Origin: Octopus vulgaris
Lineage: Eukaryota
Direction of reading: 5' to 3'
DNA length: 64,000 nt
NCBI GenBank assembly: GCA_951406725.2
Contig: OX597818.1
Span: 75,950,001 to 76,014,000, forward strand
Positions 62,217 to 64,000 of this stretch are shown here, one piece after another (the first letter of the stretch is position 1; the number at the start of each line of letters is the position of its first letter). The notes under the pieces are model-generated. The model saw only the letters and a list, made by a program, of their open reading frames with translations, was not told where the DNA came from and did not search any database. The position numbers and the translations under genes are program-made.

Positions 62217-64000
62217 TTGTTTAATCTTTTCGTATAAAATATTTAAAAATGGATGAATCTTTCTAATTTTTTGCGTACATCTTTTATTTTGTATATATTT
62301 TCTATTTTCATAACTTTTTTTAAAGTTGCATTTCATTTTCTTGGAGAGGCGCGTTTCTATAGGAGCGTCCTCCGTTAATTTGCTTTATTGTAAAGCAGGT
62401 TCAGAAATATATTTTGCATTTTCAGAATAGTATCATTCAATTTCCACAATTGTGTAATTTCCAAAATAGTATATTTTTTTGATAAATTGTATTTATGGCT
62501 GACTGGAAACGTCTTTTTATTTAATGAATTACATGTTCGATGCTAACATGTGTCTTAAACCAGTCGATTCACCCCCACCCCCGCCGCTTTCGTTGTTGTT
62601 TAGCCCCAAATCACTTATGAGTGTAGACATAGAATGGAAACTGTTCCAGCTGTGTCAGTAACATCTTTTATTATATGTAAACATTTTTGGGATCTGTTCA
62701 ATTTGGTTCGCAGATTTTTAAAATTAATTTTTAAAACTAAACAGTTTGAAATTTCGTATACTGGTGGAATGTCTCACGCAGAACACGGTTTACTTAATGC
62801 AGCCAAATTTCAACCTCTTCTAACCTCTTCTATTTTACCAGATGCGTTCGCTAAGCAGAATAATGTTTTTGCCATTTGACCCTTCTAACCCCTTCTATTT
62901 TACCAAAAGCTAGTATAGAGATAACAGGCCCACAATGAAATCTATTGTTCTCAATAATATGTCTATCCCTCTGGCTGGTTTTGCATAGTTATAAATACTA
63001 GAATTTGGTGAGCCAACTAGAGTCATGCCACAAGCAGACAGCCACTAAAGACAAACGGCCAGAGGGAGAATGAAGGTTACAATCTGCCAACTATGAAACA
63101 CAACTTCCTACGACTCTATAACTTTCACTAGCTCAATTTCCTTTCTCTTACAGCATCAGTCTATCACTATCTATGGTTTACTACTACAATAAGAATGTGT
63201 GCACACATACAGGCCGAAATTAACTTAATACCGCATGATCTTTCGATTATATCACACCTGCCCGTCGAGGCATGGCATTATACAAAGTAACGGTAAATAA
63301 ATATGTCTTTACAACTTTGATCATCTTGCTCATCTGCAACAATAACACCGACTCCAACATATGTCATAATATCATACTGCCACACGTGAAGACTCCGACG
63401 TTCCACCCAACCATGCCGTTACATTGGTGACCTTTAACTGCAACGAATATTCATACCATTACAAAGTTGTCGTATTTTGGTAATTTCAACCAATCAACGA
63501 CGTGTATTCAGTTGAAGAAAGCTACTGCTGTTTCTGATAGTAATCGAAGAGGAACCACTTTCGGGTCATATCTACTAAAAGTCACCACTCTGTTCTATTT
63601 TATTTTTTGTTTACGGCTTCTGTTACATATTACATGCTTTTTTTTTTGTTTTTTGGTTCTCGTGTCGGAGTAACCAGTAAACATCGAAGAATCAACACCA
63701 AGAAGATAGAAATATTGTTTACATATATTTATTCGTTAGCCCGACATCGGTATTTTATCCACATAATGCGCACCGGATTTTAAAAGACCTATAGAGCTAC
63801 GAGTCCGCAGCTAGCTTTTTTGTTGTTGACGTGTATGTAGTTTCAAAATGCTTTATTTTACAACTACTTGGTGTATTGTTATTGCCATGATTTTATCTTA
63901 CTATACTCAACAACACGCATTTCGTCAATATAAAAGTCTTTATATGATTAAAAATAACTTTAACCAAAACATGAAGGTAAAACAAAGCAAATAGCGGCTT

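Overview
AT-rich, repeat-dense animal genomic DNA. The SINE, RTE and microsatellite repertoire suggests a cephalopod, probably Octopus (inference). Host genes: the last coding exon of a ZDHHC23-like palmitoyltransferase (+, 1-216); TSNAX/TRAX (-, coding exons 23442-22890 and 9626-9319, 286 aa, catalytic acidic residues intact); a five-exon, 176-aa secreted protein absent from the ORF track (+, 42029-55957), with a signal peptide, a shortened C-type-lectin-like domain and a 10-Cys PAN/apple-like domain; and an uninterrupted caspase-3/7-like ORF (-, 60740-59889) lacking both catalytic residues. The rest is mostly transposon debris: RTE, CR1/L2-like, CRE-like and Penelope retroelements, Tc1, mariner, pogo, piggyBac and Merlin-like DNA elements, and SINEs. 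The most striking non-coding signal is a set of minimal type I hammerhead ribozyme motifs (canonical, variant-core and decayed), several inside long inverted repeats typical of Penelope pseudo-LTRs. One is a 207-bp-arm hairpin just after the ZDHHC23 stop codon with AATAAA in its loop. Another has a G3-C8 covariant core. All calls were made by eye; no searches or folding computations were run.
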